DNA from: Acidimicrobiia bacterium
Lineage (GTDB): Bacteria > Actinomycetota > Acidimicrobiia > Spongiisociales > JAENVV01
Direction of reading: 5' to 3'
Length of the DNA stretch: 60,420 nucleotides
NCBI GenBank assembly: GCA_041577335.1
Contig: JBFGJH010000015.1
Span: 1-60,420, forward strand
This document shows, one piece after another, positions 41,645-51,891 of the stretch. Position numbers and translations under genes: made by a program. Every line of letters begins with the position of its first letter. Position 1 is the first letter of the stretch. The notes beneath the pieces were generated by a model. The model worked only from the letters and a program-made list of their open reading frames with translations, did no database searches and was not told the origin of the DNA.

Positions 41645-42456
41645 GACTGGGAGTCCTTCATCCAGGCGCCATGGGCGCAGTTGTCGCCGGTGCCGCCAAC
41701 ACCGGGGCTACTTGGGCCGGCGAGGGTCGATCCGAGCAAACGCGTGCGCGCGCCGACAAATACGGGCTGATCGATGTTGGCTCGCTGAAGGCGCTTGTCC
41801 ACGAGGTGGACGTGGTGGTTTCTGTGTGCCCGCCGCACGCGGCCCTCGAAGTCGCTCATGACGTGAAGGCTGCCGGATATGAGGGCTTGTACGTCGATGC
41901 CAACGCGATTGCCCCCGAGTTGGCTCGGAGGATCGGAGCGCGGTTTTCGCATTTCGTCGATGGGGGCATCGTCGGCCCACCTCCAACTGTGAGCGGAACG
42001 ACACGGCTCTACCTGAGTGGCGATGATGCCGCCGCGGTGGCGGCGCTGTGGGAAGGCTCGTTTCTCGAACCGGTCGTCCTCGATGGGAGGGTGGGGTTCG
42101 CGTCGGCGCTCAAGATGGCCTATGCCGGGTGGACCAAGGGGAGCACTGCATTGCTGCTGGCGATCCGAGCCTACGCAGAAGCCGAAGGTGTCAGCGACAC
42201 TCTCATCGAGGAGTGGCATCGGTCTCTCCCCGACTTGCCCACCAGGCTGGCGCGCACGGCGAGCGGCACGGGCCGCAAGGCGTGGCGGTTCGTGGGCGAG
42301 ATGGAACAAATCGCCGCTTCGCTCGAAGGGGCGGGATTGCCAGATGGGTTCCACACCGCAGCAAGGGATGTCTACGCTCGGCTGTCGGATCTGAAGCCGG
42401 TGGTGTCGGCGGAGCTGGCTGATGTGATCGGGCGTCTCCTCGCAGACGAGGGCTAG
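41641..42456 (+). CDS. NAD(P)-dependent oxidoreductase, 6PGD/3-hydroxyisobutyrate DH-like (DUF1932)
   Basis: LHPGAMG, VDANAIAP, VDGGIVGPPP, ASALKMAYAGWTKG, KAWRFVGEMEQI. Confidence 0.85.
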   Translation: MRLGVLHPGAMGAVVAGAANTGATWAGEGRSEQTRARADKYGLIDVGSLKALVHEVDVVVSVCPPHAALEVAHDVKAAGYEGLYVDANAIAPELARRIGARFSHFVDGGIVGPPPTVSGTTRLYLSGDDAAAVAALWEGSFLEPVVLDGRVGFASALKMAYAGWTKGSTALLLAIRAYAEAEGVSDTLIEEWHRSLPDLPTRLARTASGTGRKAWRFVGEMEQIAASLEGAGLPDGFHTAARDVYARLSDLKPVVSAELADVIGRLLADEG

Positions 42457-42608
42457 CTCTCGCTCTGACATCGTCACAAACGTCTGGCAATTCTCGTGGT
42501 CGCAGCGTCTGGCCGACGGTGTCGACATCGGGAAAACAATTCTCACCATTCCCACCCGGGTTCGGTATGTTCGAAGGTGGCGCCGGGGGAACAGCAGGAG
42601 GTGCCAAC

Positions 42609-42902
42609 GTGAGCGTCATGGTGGCCGTCGAAGGGAGGGTCCTTCCCGATCGGCTTGACGACTATAGAAAACTGCTCGACCGCATCGTCCCGGAGACTCG
42701 CCGTTGTCACGGCAACCAGTTCGTCACGACCTATGTGGGAGTTGAGGACGCATTCCACACGCTGATGTTGGAGCTGTGGGACAGCCGTTCACAACACGAA
42801 CAGTGCTCCGCTTGGCGTGACGACACGGGCGTGAGCGCCGAGATGGCGGGGATGTTGAAGGAGCCGCCGACAGTCACGTATTACAGCGACATCCGCAGCT
42901 GA
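42609..42902 (+). CDS. Antibiotic biosynthesis monooxygenase (ABM) domain protein
   Basis: RBS AGGAGG before GTG42609; PETR...ELWDSRSQHE...WR pattern. Confidence 0.7.
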   Translation: MSVMVAVEGRVLPDRLDDYRKLLDRIVPETRRCHGNQFVTTYVGVEDAFHTLMLELWDSRSQHEQCSAWRDDTGVSAEMAGMLKEPPTVTYYSDIRS

Positions 42903-42911
42903 GGTCGCCGG

Positions 42912-44552
42912 CTAGGCAGTCTCCACGGCCCCTGCTTGGGCGAGGCCGAGTTCTTCGACGCCCAGCTCACGCAACCGGAACTTCTGGATCTTGCCGGTGA
43001 TCGTCATTGGGTATTCGTCGACGAATGTCACGTATTTCGGGATCTTGTAGTGAGCGATCTGGCCGCGGCAGAACTCCTGAATGTCTTCGGTGGTGACGGC
43101 TTCATCGGGCTTGAGTCTGATGAACGCCATCACTTGCTCGCCGTATTTCACATCGGGCACGCCGACGACTTGGGCGTCGATCACAGCTGGGTGAGCCAGC
43201 AGGTATTCCTCGATCTCTCGCGGGTAGATGTTCTCGCCGCCTCTGATGATCATGTCTTTGATTCGCCCAACGATGTTGACGTACCCGTCGTCGTCCATGG
43301 TGGCGAGATCGCCGCTATGCATCCAACCGTCGGAGTCGATGGCTTCGGCGGTGCGCTCGGCATCGTTCCAATAGCCCTGCATGACCGAATAGCCGCGCGT
43401 GCACAGTTCCCCTGTCTCGCCTGTCGCGACCGTCGATCCGGTCTCGGGGTCGATGACCTTGACCTCGACATGTGGGTGAACCGTGCCGACCGTGGATACG
43501 CGATGGTCGAGGTCGTCGTCTGGGAGTGACTGGGTAGATACCGGCGACGTCTCGGTCATTCCGTAACAAATCGTCACTTCGGTCATGTTCATGTCGGAGA
43601 CGACTCGCTTCATCACTTCCACCGGACAGGGCGATCCGGCCATGATGCCGGTGCGCAGGCTGGTCAGGTCGTACTCGGCGGCGTTCTCAACTGCCAGCTC
43701 GGCAATGAACATCGTTGGCACGCCATACAGGCTCGTACATTGCTCCTCTGAAGCCGTCGACAGCACCTCGAGTGGGTCGAAGTCCGGCCCGGGAACGACG
43801 ATCGCTGCTCCGTGGGTGGTGCACGCCAGGTTCCCCAGAACCATTCCGAAGCAGTGATAGAAAGGCACCGGGATGCAGACCCGGTCGAGCTCTGTGTAGC
43901 GGCACCGCTCTCCGGTGAAGTACCCGTTGTTGAGGATGTTGAAATGGGTGAGGGTCGCACCCTTGGGGAGCCCGGTCGTCCCACTGGTGTATTGGATGTT
44001 GATCGGCTGGTGAGGTTCGAGTGGAGTTGAGCGCGCTCGAAGGTCGTCCGGGGAGACCGCCGTCCCCCGTTCGACGAGGTCGTCCCAGTCGGGCGTGTCG
44101 AGGTAGATGACCGTTCCCAGGCCGGGTGCCTGCGGCCGCACGTCGTCGACCATGGATCGATAGTCGGTGCCTCGGTATTCGCTGGCGGCCACGAGCATTC
44201 GACACCCCGACTGACGGAGCGCGTGAGCGAGCTCACTGGTTCGGTAGGCGGGATTGATGTTCACGAGAATGGCACCGACCTTGGCTGTGGCGTACTGCAC
44301 CAGCACCCACTCGGCACAGTTCGGGCTCCAGATCCCGACTCGATCACCGACATCAATGCCCGCAGCGATGAGTGCTCCGGCGACAACGTCGACGCTGCTG
44401 TTGAACTCGGCGTATGTGAGCCGGATGCCCTGATGACGCACGATCAGGGCATCGCGCTCGGGGAACGTGGCGGCAGTCCGTTCCAGGTTGGCGCCGATGG
44501 TTTCCCGGAGCAGAGGCGGGTCGGTGGGACCGGCCCGGTAGGCAAGCGTCAA
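42912..44552 (-). CDS. AMP-binding acyl-CoA synthetase
   Basis: [51 protein letters not shown]. Confidence 0.93.
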   Translation of the reverse strand: MTLAYRAGPTDPPLLRETIGANLERTAATFPERDALIVRHQGIRLTYAEFNSSVDVVAGALIAAGIDVGDRVGIWSPNCAEWVLVQYATAKVGAILVNINPAYRTSELAHALRQSGCRMLVAASEYRGTDYRSMVDDVRPQAPGLGTVIYLDTPDWDDLVERGTAVSPDDLRARSTPLEPHQPINIQYTSGTTGLPKGATLTHFNILNNGYFTGERCRYTELDRVCIPVPFYHCFGMVLGNLACTTHGAAIVVPGPDFDPLEVLSTASEEQCTSLYGVPTMFIAELAVENAAEYDLTSLRTGIMAGSPCPVEVMKRVVSDMNMTEVTICYGMTETSPVSTQSLPDDDLDHRVSTVGTVHPHVEVKVIDPETGSTVATGETGELCTRGYSVMQGYWNDAERTAEAIDSDGWMHSGDLATMDDDGYVNIVGRIKDMIIRGGENIYPREIEEYLLAHPAVIDAQVVGVPDVKYGEQVMAFIRLKPDEAVTTEDIQEFCRGQIAHYKIPKYVTFVDEYPMTITGKIQKFRLRELGVEELGLAQAGAVETA

Positions 44553-44728
44553 CGGGTCATCTCCTTGGTGCGCCTGTCAGAGTGGCGAATCCCATCACAT
44601 TCGGCAAGGGCCGTAAGGCCTGGCTCCCCGGGCATGACACCCCGCACTGGCGGGGCGACCAGGGATGCCTCCGGTAGTCCACGGATCGTGACCGACTCGC
44701 CGGAAGGTCCGGCTGCCACAATATCGGC

Positions 44729-45946
44729 ATGCCTGTCCGTCGACGCCTGCTGTTCGTCCTGTTCGGTGGCTCGGCACTAGGCACCATCGGATATCTCGCA
44801 GCTGTGACGGTCACTGCGATCGCCGCCGAGAACATCACCGGATCGGCCCGCTGGGCCGGAGTGCCGGCCGCCGTGGCGACTCTGGGAGCTGCCGCAGGAG
44901 CGGGATGGTTGAGCCGCGTGATGGAGCAGAGCGGCCGGAGAAAAGGCCTGATCACGGGCCTGGCCATCGCCGCAATCGGTGCGGCGACTTCCACCTACGC
45001 CGTCATCGTCGAGTCGATTGTCATTCTCGTCGTCGGAATGCTGGCAATTGGCTTCGGCCGCGCCGCATATCAGCTGGCCCGATACGCGGCGGCTGATCTG
45101 CAGCCGCCGGATCGGCGAGCAAGCGCCATCAGTTGGATGGTGTGGGCAGGGACATTCGGTTCGGTGATCGGCCCGCAGTTGCTGGCGCCTGGCGAACAAA
45201 TCGGCGAGTCGCTGTTCGGCGCAGGGCTTTCGGGCATCTTCCTCCTCGCCAGTGCCACCTTCGTTTTGGCAGCTCTCTTCTGGGTTGTGTTGTTGCGACC
45301 TGACCCGACCACGCTGGCTCACGCCACCGATGGGATTGCTCGGACACCCCCCTCCAATGCCGAATTGCTGCGACGCCCCAATGTGTGGGCCGCCGTCGCC
45401 GCCATGTGGTTCGGTCAGTTTGTGATGGTGGAGGTCATGGCGATGACGCCGGTGTTCCTTTCCTCGATCGGCGAATCCCTGCTCATCGTTGGTCAGGTGA
45501 TCAGCCTTCATACGCTCGGCATGTTCGCCTTCTCACCCGTCACCGGGTGGCTCACCACGAGGCTGGGGAGCCGTCCGATGATCGTCGCCGGCGTGGTGGT
45601 GCTGTTGTCGGCGGCAGGCATGGGTTGGTTCGGAGCAGACGGGAACCTGGCGATTCTGTATCCGGCGCTGTTTCTGCTGGGCCTCGGCTGGAACTTCACA
45701 TTCGTGGCGGGCAGCTCTCTTCTCATCGAAGGCCTCGCTCCCGGGGAGGGGGTTCAGCTGCAAGGCTGGGCCGACGCCGGCGTGTGGATCGCCGGGGGAG
45801 TGGCCAACGTGGCGGCCGGGGTCATTCTCGACACATCCGGCTTCTCAACCCTCAACGTCGTCGCGGGTGCCCTGGCGTTGGTTCCCGCCCTGGCGCTGCT
45901 TGGCGAACGTGTCGTGAACCGGCCTGTTCAGGTAGGCGTTGGTTGA
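44729..45946 (+). CDS. MFS transporter
   Basis: GRRKGL, RYAAAD, HTLGMFAFSPVTG, LGLGWNF; CACAAT-N6-ATG. Confidence 0.85.
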   Translation: MPVRRRLLFVLFGGSALGTIGYLAAVTVTAIAAENITGSARWAGVPAAVATLGAAAGAGWLSRVMEQSGRRKGLITGLAIAAIGAATSTYAVIVESIVILVVGMLAIGFGRAAYQLARYAAADLQPPDRRASAISWMVWAGTFGSVIGPQLLAPGEQIGESLFGAGLSGIFLLASATFVLAALFWVVLLRPDPTTLAHATDGIARTPPSNAELLRRPNVWAAVAAMWFGQFVMVEVMAMTPVFLSSIGESLLIVGQVISLHTLGMFAFSPVTGWLTTRLGSRPMIVAGVVVLLSAAGMGWFGADGNLAILYPALFLLGLGWNFTFVAGSSLLIEGLAPGEGVQLQGWADAGVWIAGGVANVAAGVILDTSGFSTLNVVAGALALVPALALLGERVVNRPVQVGVG

Positions 45947-45993
45947 GATGCCCGATTGGATGGGCTCCGCCCATCGAAACAGTTTCACCAGAG

Positions 45994-46920
45994 TCAGGTG
46001 AGAACCTCGTTGAGGAACGAGTGGATGGAGTCGCGCGCCGCTCGACCGTAGCTGTTGTCGAAAAAGTCGAATGCGTGGATTCCTCCAGGCCAGATCTCCA
46101 GGCGCGATTTGTTGTCTGCGGCTCGCCATCGGGCGTCCATGAAGAGGCTGTCATCCAGCAGCGGGTCGGTGTCGCCAACGAGAAACAGAGCTGGGGGAAG
46201 GCCGGATAGGTCGGCAAACAGAGGAGAGATGTCCGGATTGGTGAGCTCCTCGCCGGCCGCGAACTGTTCCACGAACCACTCGGTGTTCGGCTGGTTCAGG
46301 ATGAGCGGCTGGTCTCCAAAGGCTGCGACGCTCGGAGTGCCTCGCAAGTCGTAGGCGCCGTAGATGAGCGAAGCCGCCGAGAACGGGTTGGCGCCGAGCC
46401 GTTTGCGCATTCGGACCATGGTCACAGCTGCCAGGTGCGCTCCCGCCGATTCGCCGCCGATGGTGAGCAGGTCGGTGCCGAAGCGGTCGAGGCTGTGTTC
46501 GACGAGCCAAACGGCGGCGGCCTCGCAGTCGTCAGGACCCGCCGGATACGGGTGCTCGGGAGCGAGCCGATACCGTGGGGCGACGACCACCAATCCGGTG
46601 GAGTCTGCCAGTCGCTCATTGACGAAGTCGGCGTGATCGTTGGCGCCGAGCGTCCACCCGCCACCGTGAAGGTGGAGGTAGATGCCTCTCACGGTGGCTG
46701 GAGAGATCAGCCGCAGCTGAATCGGTCCAGCCGGGCCCGGGATCTCGAACGTGTGGGCCCTGTCTGATCGGACGATATCGCCGAAGACCGACTGTCCCGC
46801 CTCACGCGCCTGCCTGACTGCCGGCGCCCCGACATCCCACATTCGCGGCAGATCGCGCGTCTCGTCGGCGATCCGATCGTTGAATGCCAGGACCTCGGCC
46901 GGCGGACGGTTGGGCGTCAT
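45994..46920 (-). CDS. Alpha/beta hydrolase (HSL/GDXG esterase)
   Basis: HGGGW, YRLAPEHPYP, GESAG, DPLLDD, HAF. Confidence 0.92.
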   Translation of the reverse strand: MTPNRPPAEVLAFNDRIADETRDLPRMWDVGAPAVRQAREAGQSVFGDIVRSDRAHTFEIPGPAGPIQLRLISPATVRGIYLHLHGGGWTLGANDHADFVNERLADSTGLVVVAPRYRLAPEHPYPAGPDDCEAAAVWLVEHSLDRFGTDLLTIGGESAGAHLAAVTMVRMRKRLGANPFSAASLIYGAYDLRGTPSVAAFGDQPLILNQPNTEWFVEQFAAGEELTNPDISPLFADLSGLPPALFLVGDTDPLLDDSLFMDARWRAADNKSRLEIWPGGIHAFDFFDNSYGRAARDSIHSFLNEVLT

Positions 46921-46949
46921 TGGTGCCGAAGTTAGCAAGCCCGGACGTG

Positions 46950-47013
46950 GGGACTTCGCCCAGGGTAAGGGGGTCTGAAGACCCTAGGTGGACTCCCGAA
47001 TGCGGTCTAGACC
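46950..47013 (+). promoter_or_regulatory. Tandem DosR-like boxes + -10 of the leaderless cytochrome c gene
   Basis: GGGACTTCGCCCAG (46950-46963); perfect palindrome GGGTCTGAAGACCC (46971-46984); 23 nt; TAGACC (47008-47013); ATG47020. Confidence 0.65.
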
Positions 47014-47019
47014 GACGAT

Positions 47020-47418
47020 ATGAGACTTGGTCGTCCCTCTTGGCTCGTGGTAGGCGTCGCGATTGCTCTCACGGCCTGTGGTGTGGAGCCGTCGCCGACC
47101 AATGACGCCATTGTCGAGCCGACAGCGACGTCGATCTCCGAGTTCTTTGCGCCCGGCGAAGAGGTGTACCTGGCCACATGCTCACCGTGTCACGGCACCG
47201 AGGGCGAGGGGGTCGCTGGGCTGGGCAGCAGCCTCATCGCAGGTGAGATCCTGACAATCTCAGACGAAGAAATGCGCCGGCTCATAATCGAGGGCGAAGA
47301 TGCGACCGACCCTGGCAACTCGATGGGAGTAGCGATGCCCGCCAAGGGGGGCAATCCCCGGCTCTCAGACCAGCAGGTTGACGAGGTAGTCGGATATGTG
47401 CGAGCGCTGCGGCGCTGA
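47020..47418 (+). CDS. Monoheme cytochrome c lipoprotein
   Basis: Lipobox LTAC; CSPCH heme motif; MPAKGG distal Met. Confidence 0.88.
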   Translation: MRLGRPSWLVVGVAIALTACGVEPSPTNDAIVEPTATSISEFFAPGEEVYLATCSPCHGTEGEGVAGLGSSLIAGEILTISDEEMRRLIIEGEDATDPGNSMGVAMPAKGGNPRLSDQQVDEVVGYVRALRR

Positions 47419-47979
47419 TCAGGCGGCAAAAACCCGGCGAGAGTCCTTCACCATGTCGACCATGGCTTCAACGACGTCGGGATCGAATTGGTAGCCGGCG
47501 TACACCCGGAGCTCGGCGAGCGCCGCCTGCCAGGACATAGCGCCCTGGTAGGGGCGGACTGTCGTCATTGCGTCGTAAGCATCAGCCACGAGTAGGACGC
47601 GAGCGGCAACGGGAATGGCGCGTCCGGCCAGGCCCCGCGGATACCCGCGTCCGTCAAAGCGCTCGTGATGGCTGCGAACTGTGTCGGCCACATCCGGATG
47701 AACGTCGCCGAGGATCATCTCGTAGCCGCGGTTCGGGTGGGTCTTCATGATCACCCACTCTGCGTCCGTCAGGGGGCCCGGCTTGTCGAGCACCGCCTTG
47801 GGAATGGACCGTTTGCCGATATCGTGAAGAACACCTGAAAGCGTCGCCAGCGTTGCTGTCTCGGCCGACAGACCCATGTGGGTGGCGAGGTCACCGGAGA
47901 ACTCTGCAACTCTCCAGCAATGTCTCGCCACATCATCGTCGGCGATTTCGAGCAACATCTTGTCAACTGCGTTTTTCAC
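47419..47979 (-). CDS. Stand-alone HD-GYP phosphodiesterase
   Basis: LHDIGK, HHERFDGRGYP, VADAYDAMT..RPY, QFDP; RBS GGAGG before GTG47979 (alt ATG48030). Confidence 0.88.
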   Translation of the reverse strand: MKNAVDKMLLEIADDDVARHCWRVAEFSGDLATHMGLSAETATLATLSGVLHDIGKRSIPKAVLDKPGPLTDAEWVIMKTHPNRGYEMILGDVHPDVADTVRSHHERFDGRGYPRGLAGRAIPVAARVLLVADAYDAMTTVRPYQGAMSWQAALAELRVYAGYQFDPDVVEAMVDMVKDSRRVFAA

Positions 47980-48076
47980 GCCACACACCCTCCGCCCGAG
48001 ATAATCCCATTCGCCTGTGGATAAGTACATGGGCCGACCGACTCATTTGGATTTCGCGGCCGACGGCCAGAGGTGG

Positions 48077-48131
48077 ACGGCAGAGTTTCTCTGCCGTGTG
48101 ATTCAAGTTTTTCGGCCCGATCTGCCGATAG
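48077..48131 (+). promoter_or_regulatory. Perfect 9-bp hairpin followed by a sigma-28 (FliA/WhiG)-like promoter
   Basis: ACGGCAGAG-TTT-CTCTGCCGT (48077-48097); TCAAG (48103)...GCCGATAG (48124-48131). Confidence 0.4.
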
Positions 48132-48192
48132 AGTGGGGTTGGGATCAAAAAGCCTCCGTGGGGCGGAGGACTACGGGAATTCAGGAGTGGGA

Positions 48193-48873
48193 ATGAAACG
48201 AATAATTACCATCGCGGCCGTCGCCGCGCTTGCGCTGACCGCTGCCATGCCGGTGTTCGCTCAGGACGAGGCGCTGGAGGAATCCGAAGAAGCAGCAGTG
48301 TCGTATCACCTCGACATCGCCACGGGTGGATTGACCTTCGGTTACGGCGTAGGCCTCGACTGCGCCGGGTTGGCGGAGGAGACCGGAGACGAGGGCGCCG
48401 CGACTGAAGAGGCCTCCTCGGCCACAGGCGACGCTGACGTCGCAACGACGGCGGACGACGATGATTCGGTTTCCGGTGACGATGACGCCTCATCTAGCGA
48501 TGAGGACTCATCTAGCGATGACGCCTCATCTAGCCATGACGGCAGCGCCAAGGAAGACGTTGAGATGATCCTCATTGGTGAGTGCAATACCATCTCCGTC
48601 CTCGGTCCCAACGGTCAGCTGAATCATGGATCGGTGATGTCGGCCGTGGTGCATGCCATCAAGGCCTCTGACTATGACGGTCCGAGGGGCCACCTGGTCC
48701 GTGAGTTCGCGCGATCCGACCTCGGCAAGAAGGACAAGTTGGAGGAACAGGCCGACGGCACGGATGGTGAGTCGGACAAGCCCGGCAAGGCGCCCAAAGA
48801 CAAGTCGGACAAGCCAGGCAAAGGGAACAACGGCAAGGGCAACAACGGCAAGGCCAAAGGGAAGAAGGGGTGA
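48193..48873 (+). CDS. Secreted low-complexity hypothetical protein (acidic middle, Lys/Gly-rich tail)
   Basis: RBS AGGAG; signal peptide ending VFA; GPNGQLNHG motif; KPGK/KGNNG repeats. Confidence 0.7.
   Translation: MKRIITIAAVAALALTAAMPVFAQDEALEESEEAAVSYHLDIATGGLTFGYGVGLDCAGLAEETGDEGAATEEASSATGDADVATTADDDDSVSGDDDASSSDEDSSSDDASSSHDGSAKEDVEMILIGECNTISVLGPNGQLNHGSVMSAVVHAIKASDYDGPRGHLVREFARSDLGKKDKLEEQADGTDGESDKPGKAPKDKSDKPGKGNNGKGNNGKAKGKKG
48481..48534 (+). repeat. 18-bp tandem repeat x3 (coding DDASSS/DEDSSS)
   Basis: GATGACGCCTCATCTAGC, GATGAGGACTCATCTAGC, GATGACGCCTCATCTAGC. Confidence 0.85.
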
Positions 48874-48941
48874 CGCTCAAGCCCTCTTGAGCCAGCGCCC
48901 TCCCTTCGCTGTTGTCCGACTGTGTCGGGTTGACTCGAGGC

Positions 48942-49703
48942 CTACTTCGGGGCCATCCGAATCCCACCGTCCATACGAACCGACTCGGCATTCATGTAGG
49001 AATGACTGGCGAGAAGATGAGCGAGCTCGGCAAACTCTTCGGGTGATCCGAGACGCTTTGGATGAAGCACCTGTTGACCGAGGCTCTCCTTGGCGGCGTC
49101 GGGTAGTCCGGCGAGGAGCGGTGTGTCGATGATCCCGGGGGCAATGGTGTTCACCCGTACTCCGATGCTGCTGAGGTCGCGAGCGATCGGAAGCGTCATG
49201 CCCACAATCCCCCCTTTCGAGGCGGAGTAGGCCGCCTGCCCGACCTGGCCGTCGTAGGCAGCTACCGACGCCGTGTTGACGATCGCTCCTCGCTCGTTGT
49301 GTTCGAGTGGCTCATTGTGAGCCATGACGGCTGCGGCCAGCCGGATGGCGTTGAACGTACCGATCAGGTTGATCTCGATGACCCTCGAGAACAGGCCTAG
49401 GTCGTGCGGTGTTCCGTCACGACTCAGGGTCCGCTGCGGCGGACCGATGCCCGCACAATTCACGAGAACTCGCAACGGAGCCATTTCTGCAGCTGCCGCG
49501 ACGGCTGCTGCCAAATCATCGACTTGCGTCACATCGGCGTTGAGGTAGGCACCACCGATCTCATCCGAGAGACTTTCGCCGAGTTGGTCGTTGATGTCAG
49601 CGATGACGACGGACATGCCCTCTCGCGCCAACCGCCGGGCGGTGGCTGCGCCCAAGCCAGACGCGCCTCCCGTGACGAGGGCCGATGCACCAGCGAGTTC
49701 CAT
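48942..49703 (-). CDS. SDR, 3-hydroxyacyl-CoA dehydrogenase type II-like
   Basis: TGGASGLG, NCAGI, ASVAAYDGQVGQAAYSASKGG, RMDGGIRMAPK. Confidence 0.92.
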   Translation of the reverse strand: MELAGASALVTGGASGLGAATARRLAREGMSVVIADINDQLGESLSDEIGGAYLNADVTQVDDLAAAVAAAAEMAPLRVLVNCAGIGPPQRTLSRDGTPHDLGLFSRVIEINLIGTFNAIRLAAAVMAHNEPLEHNERGAIVNTASVAAYDGQVGQAAYSASKGGIVGMTLPIARDLSSIGVRVNTIAPGIIDTPLLAGLPDAAKESLGQQVLHPKRLGSPEEFAELAHLLASHSYMNAESVRMDGGIRMAPK

Positions 49704-49757
49704 GAAGGTCCTTTCGTGATCAGCCCCGGACGCTACTCGACCGATCCGGGCGAAGGA

Positions 49758-50861
49758 TCAACCGCTGGGTTCGAGTTCCAGCGTTTCGGCGGCGCCTTCT
49801 CGATTGGTGAACCGGCCATAGGCGACCAGGAACGGATAGGTCGCAACGGCCGGGGCAACCATCCATAGGGGCCGGGTTGCCCACCATTCAATGGTTGGCT
49901 GGCCAGGAGGGCGATAGCCAAAGACGAGGAAGATCACCGCGATCGCAACCGCCATACCGGTGGTGTGGAACAGGTACAAAGGGAGCGAGTTGGCGTTGAC
50001 CCATGTTGCGACCTTTTGCCAAGAGGCGCTGGAGTGGAGGCGAGCCAATACCCACGGCCTCACCAACAACACGATGCCCACCTGGAGAAGGATGAGCCCG
50101 ACGATGGCGAGCGTCGGCGGGCCCATGTTCGAGAAGCGTTCTCCAGGGACTCCCACCACGGATCGCGGATAGAAGCCCATGTTGGTGAGGGCAATCATCG
50201 AGAACATCCCTCCCCAGAAGAACATCCAACCGACGCGCCGGGGGGCGGCGATGAGGCGGTCGTAGAAGAACCCGAGCTGGTGAGCCAGGCCCCAGATGAC
50301 GAGGAAGTTGACCCAGGCAGCCCACCCCTGATCTTGAGCGAAACGCAGCACGTCGAGCACGGCGGCCAGGCCAACCAGCCACACGATGACCAACTCGCCC
50401 CACCGCCAATGCGCCCGAATGGCGAGCGGCGCCAGAGCGACGAGCACCAGGTAGACAGCCAGAAACCAGAGGGGTGACAAGATCAGGATCACGGCGGGCC
50501 AGACCCACGGCGCTCCGACCGTCGCGACCAAGACGAAACCGATTCCAACCCATGCGGCGATCAGCGCCAGCGGCGCGCTCAGCAAACGTTGGACCCGTCG
50601 CCTTAGGAACCGGCGCGAGTCGCCTTTCTGGTATCGATCGAACGCGAGCCTATGGGTGTAGCCGCCGACGAAGAAGAACACCGGCATCACCTGAAAGACC
50701 CAGGTGACCACCCACAGTCCGCGAGTCGTCCCGATGGGATTGTTGGGAGCGACCGTGGTGTCAGAGACCTCGAGAATGGTGAATCCCCAATGCCACGCCA
50801 CGACGACCACCAGCGACAGAGCCCTGAGGAAATCGATGTATCGGTCGCGCTCGGTTGGCAT
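49758..50861 (-). CDS. Acyltransferase family 3 (membrane O-acyltransferase)
   Basis: RDRYIDFLRA, QVMPVFFFVGG, PLWFLAVY, SNMGPPT, LYLFH. Confidence 0.88.
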   Translation of the reverse strand: MPTERDRYIDFLRALSLVVVVAWHWGFTILEVSDTTVAPNNPIGTTRGLWVVTWVFQVMPVFFFVGGYTHRLAFDRYQKGDSRRFLRRRVQRLLSAPLALIAAWVGIGFVLVATVGAPWVWPAVILILSPLWFLAVYLVLVALAPLAIRAHWRWGELVIVWLVGLAAVLDVLRFAQDQGWAAWVNFLVIWGLAHQLGFFYDRLIAAPRRVGWMFFWGGMFSMIALTNMGFYPRSVVGVPGERFSNMGPPTLAIVGLILLQVGIVLLVRPWVLARLHSSASWQKVATWVNANSLPLYLFHTTGMAVAIAVIFLVFGYRPPGQPTIEWWATRPLWMVAPAVATYPFLVAYGRFTNREGAAETLELEPSG

Positions 50862-50912
50862 CGGCGCCCATTCTCGACGGCAGCGAGGGCCTTTTCGAGG
50901 ATCGCCGTTCAA

Positions 50913-51770
50913 TCAGCTCAGGACGCCCAAGCTCGTTTCGAAGTATTCAGCGACGTCCCGGAATGAAGTCACTCCCACAAGGCGTCCCGACTCGCCGAGC
51001 AGGGGCACATGCGAGAAGCCATGGTCGGCCATCTTCGACATCGCGTCACCGATGGGCGAGCGAACAGACAACGCGATCGGTTCTGGTGTCATGACCTCAC
51101 GCACGAGGAGCGTTTCCACATCGCGAGCCTGGCACGCAACCTTGGTTTGCAGATCGTATTCGGTGAGGACGCCGACCAGGTGGTCACGGTCGTCCACCAC
51201 GAACAGCGATCCAATGGCCCGGCTCTGCATTTGATATGTGGCGTCGGCAATCGTGTTGGTCGCTTCCACGGTGATCGGGAGGCTGTAGTTGAGCCCTGTG
51301 AAATCGATGAACTGCATTCCATGCTGCACGGACACCTCTTGAGGCGTCCGGAGTGCCTTCTGGCCGAGAAGATCGGCGATGAGCCTCATCAGGGGGTAAT
51401 ACGACAGGTTCCCGACGATCTGATTGTCGTCATTCAACACCGGGACACTCCTCACCCACAGCTCATTCATGATGTGCAAGCCGTCGGCGACGGATTGTGT
51501 CTCGGCCATGGTCTGCAGACTCGAAGTCATCAACTCGGTAACAGGTTTCATACACGCGCCGCTATGCCCAAGAACGCCCAACAGGACGTCTCGTTGGGTG
51601 AAGATTCCGGCAAGGATGCCGTCATCGACCACGAATGCGGCTGAAACACCGCTTCGGTTCATCGCCTCGATCGTTTCGGCGACAGTGGCTGCTACCGGAA
51701 CCGATGCAAAACGCTGGAGATCGAGCTCTGTCACCGGCAGTTCTTCGAGGACGTCGGCAATGGTGGTCAT
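50913..51770 (-). CDS. CBS-domain protein (two Bateman modules)
   Basis: GIFTQRD, LVGVLTEYD, GFSHVPL...LVGVTSFRD; RBS AAGGAG before ATG51770. Confidence 0.85.
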   Translation of the reverse strand: MTTIADVLEELPVTELDLQRFASVPVAATVAETIEAMNRSGVSAAFVVDDGILAGIFTQRDVLLGVLGHSGACMKPVTELMTSSLQTMAETQSVADGLHIMNELWVRSVPVLNDDNQIVGNLSYYPLMRLIADLLGQKALRTPQEVSVQHGMQFIDFTGLNYSLPITVEATNTIADATYQMQSRAIGSLFVVDDRDHLVGVLTEYDLQTKVACQARDVETLLVREVMTPEPIALSVRSPIGDAMSKMADHGFSHVPLLGESGRLVGVTSFRDVAEYFETSLGVLS

Positions 51771-51826
51771 CTCGCTCCTTCCTTCGTCCGCAGCCCGAAA
51801 GCGCCGTGACGGCTCGGCTGCACTCA

Positions 51827-51891
51827 ACCGTCTCAGGCTGAACCTACTTCGTCCACGGCCGGACGTCCCGAAGGAAGAGGCCATTCGACCA
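51827..51891 (-). promoter_or_regulatory. Tandem DosR-like boxes + -10 of the CBS gene
   Basis: Minus strand TGGTCGAATGGCCT (51878-51891), GGGACGTCCGGCCG (51856-51869), 23 nt, GACGGT (51827-51832). Confidence 0.55.

Noticed and set aside
48016..48024. Replication origin
   Set aside because: Only one DnaA box, no AT-rich unwinding element and no dnaA/dnaN nearby.
48481..48534. Repeat as a mini-CRISPR
   Set aside because: Units are contiguous 18-mers with no spacers, in frame within a CDS; no cas genes.
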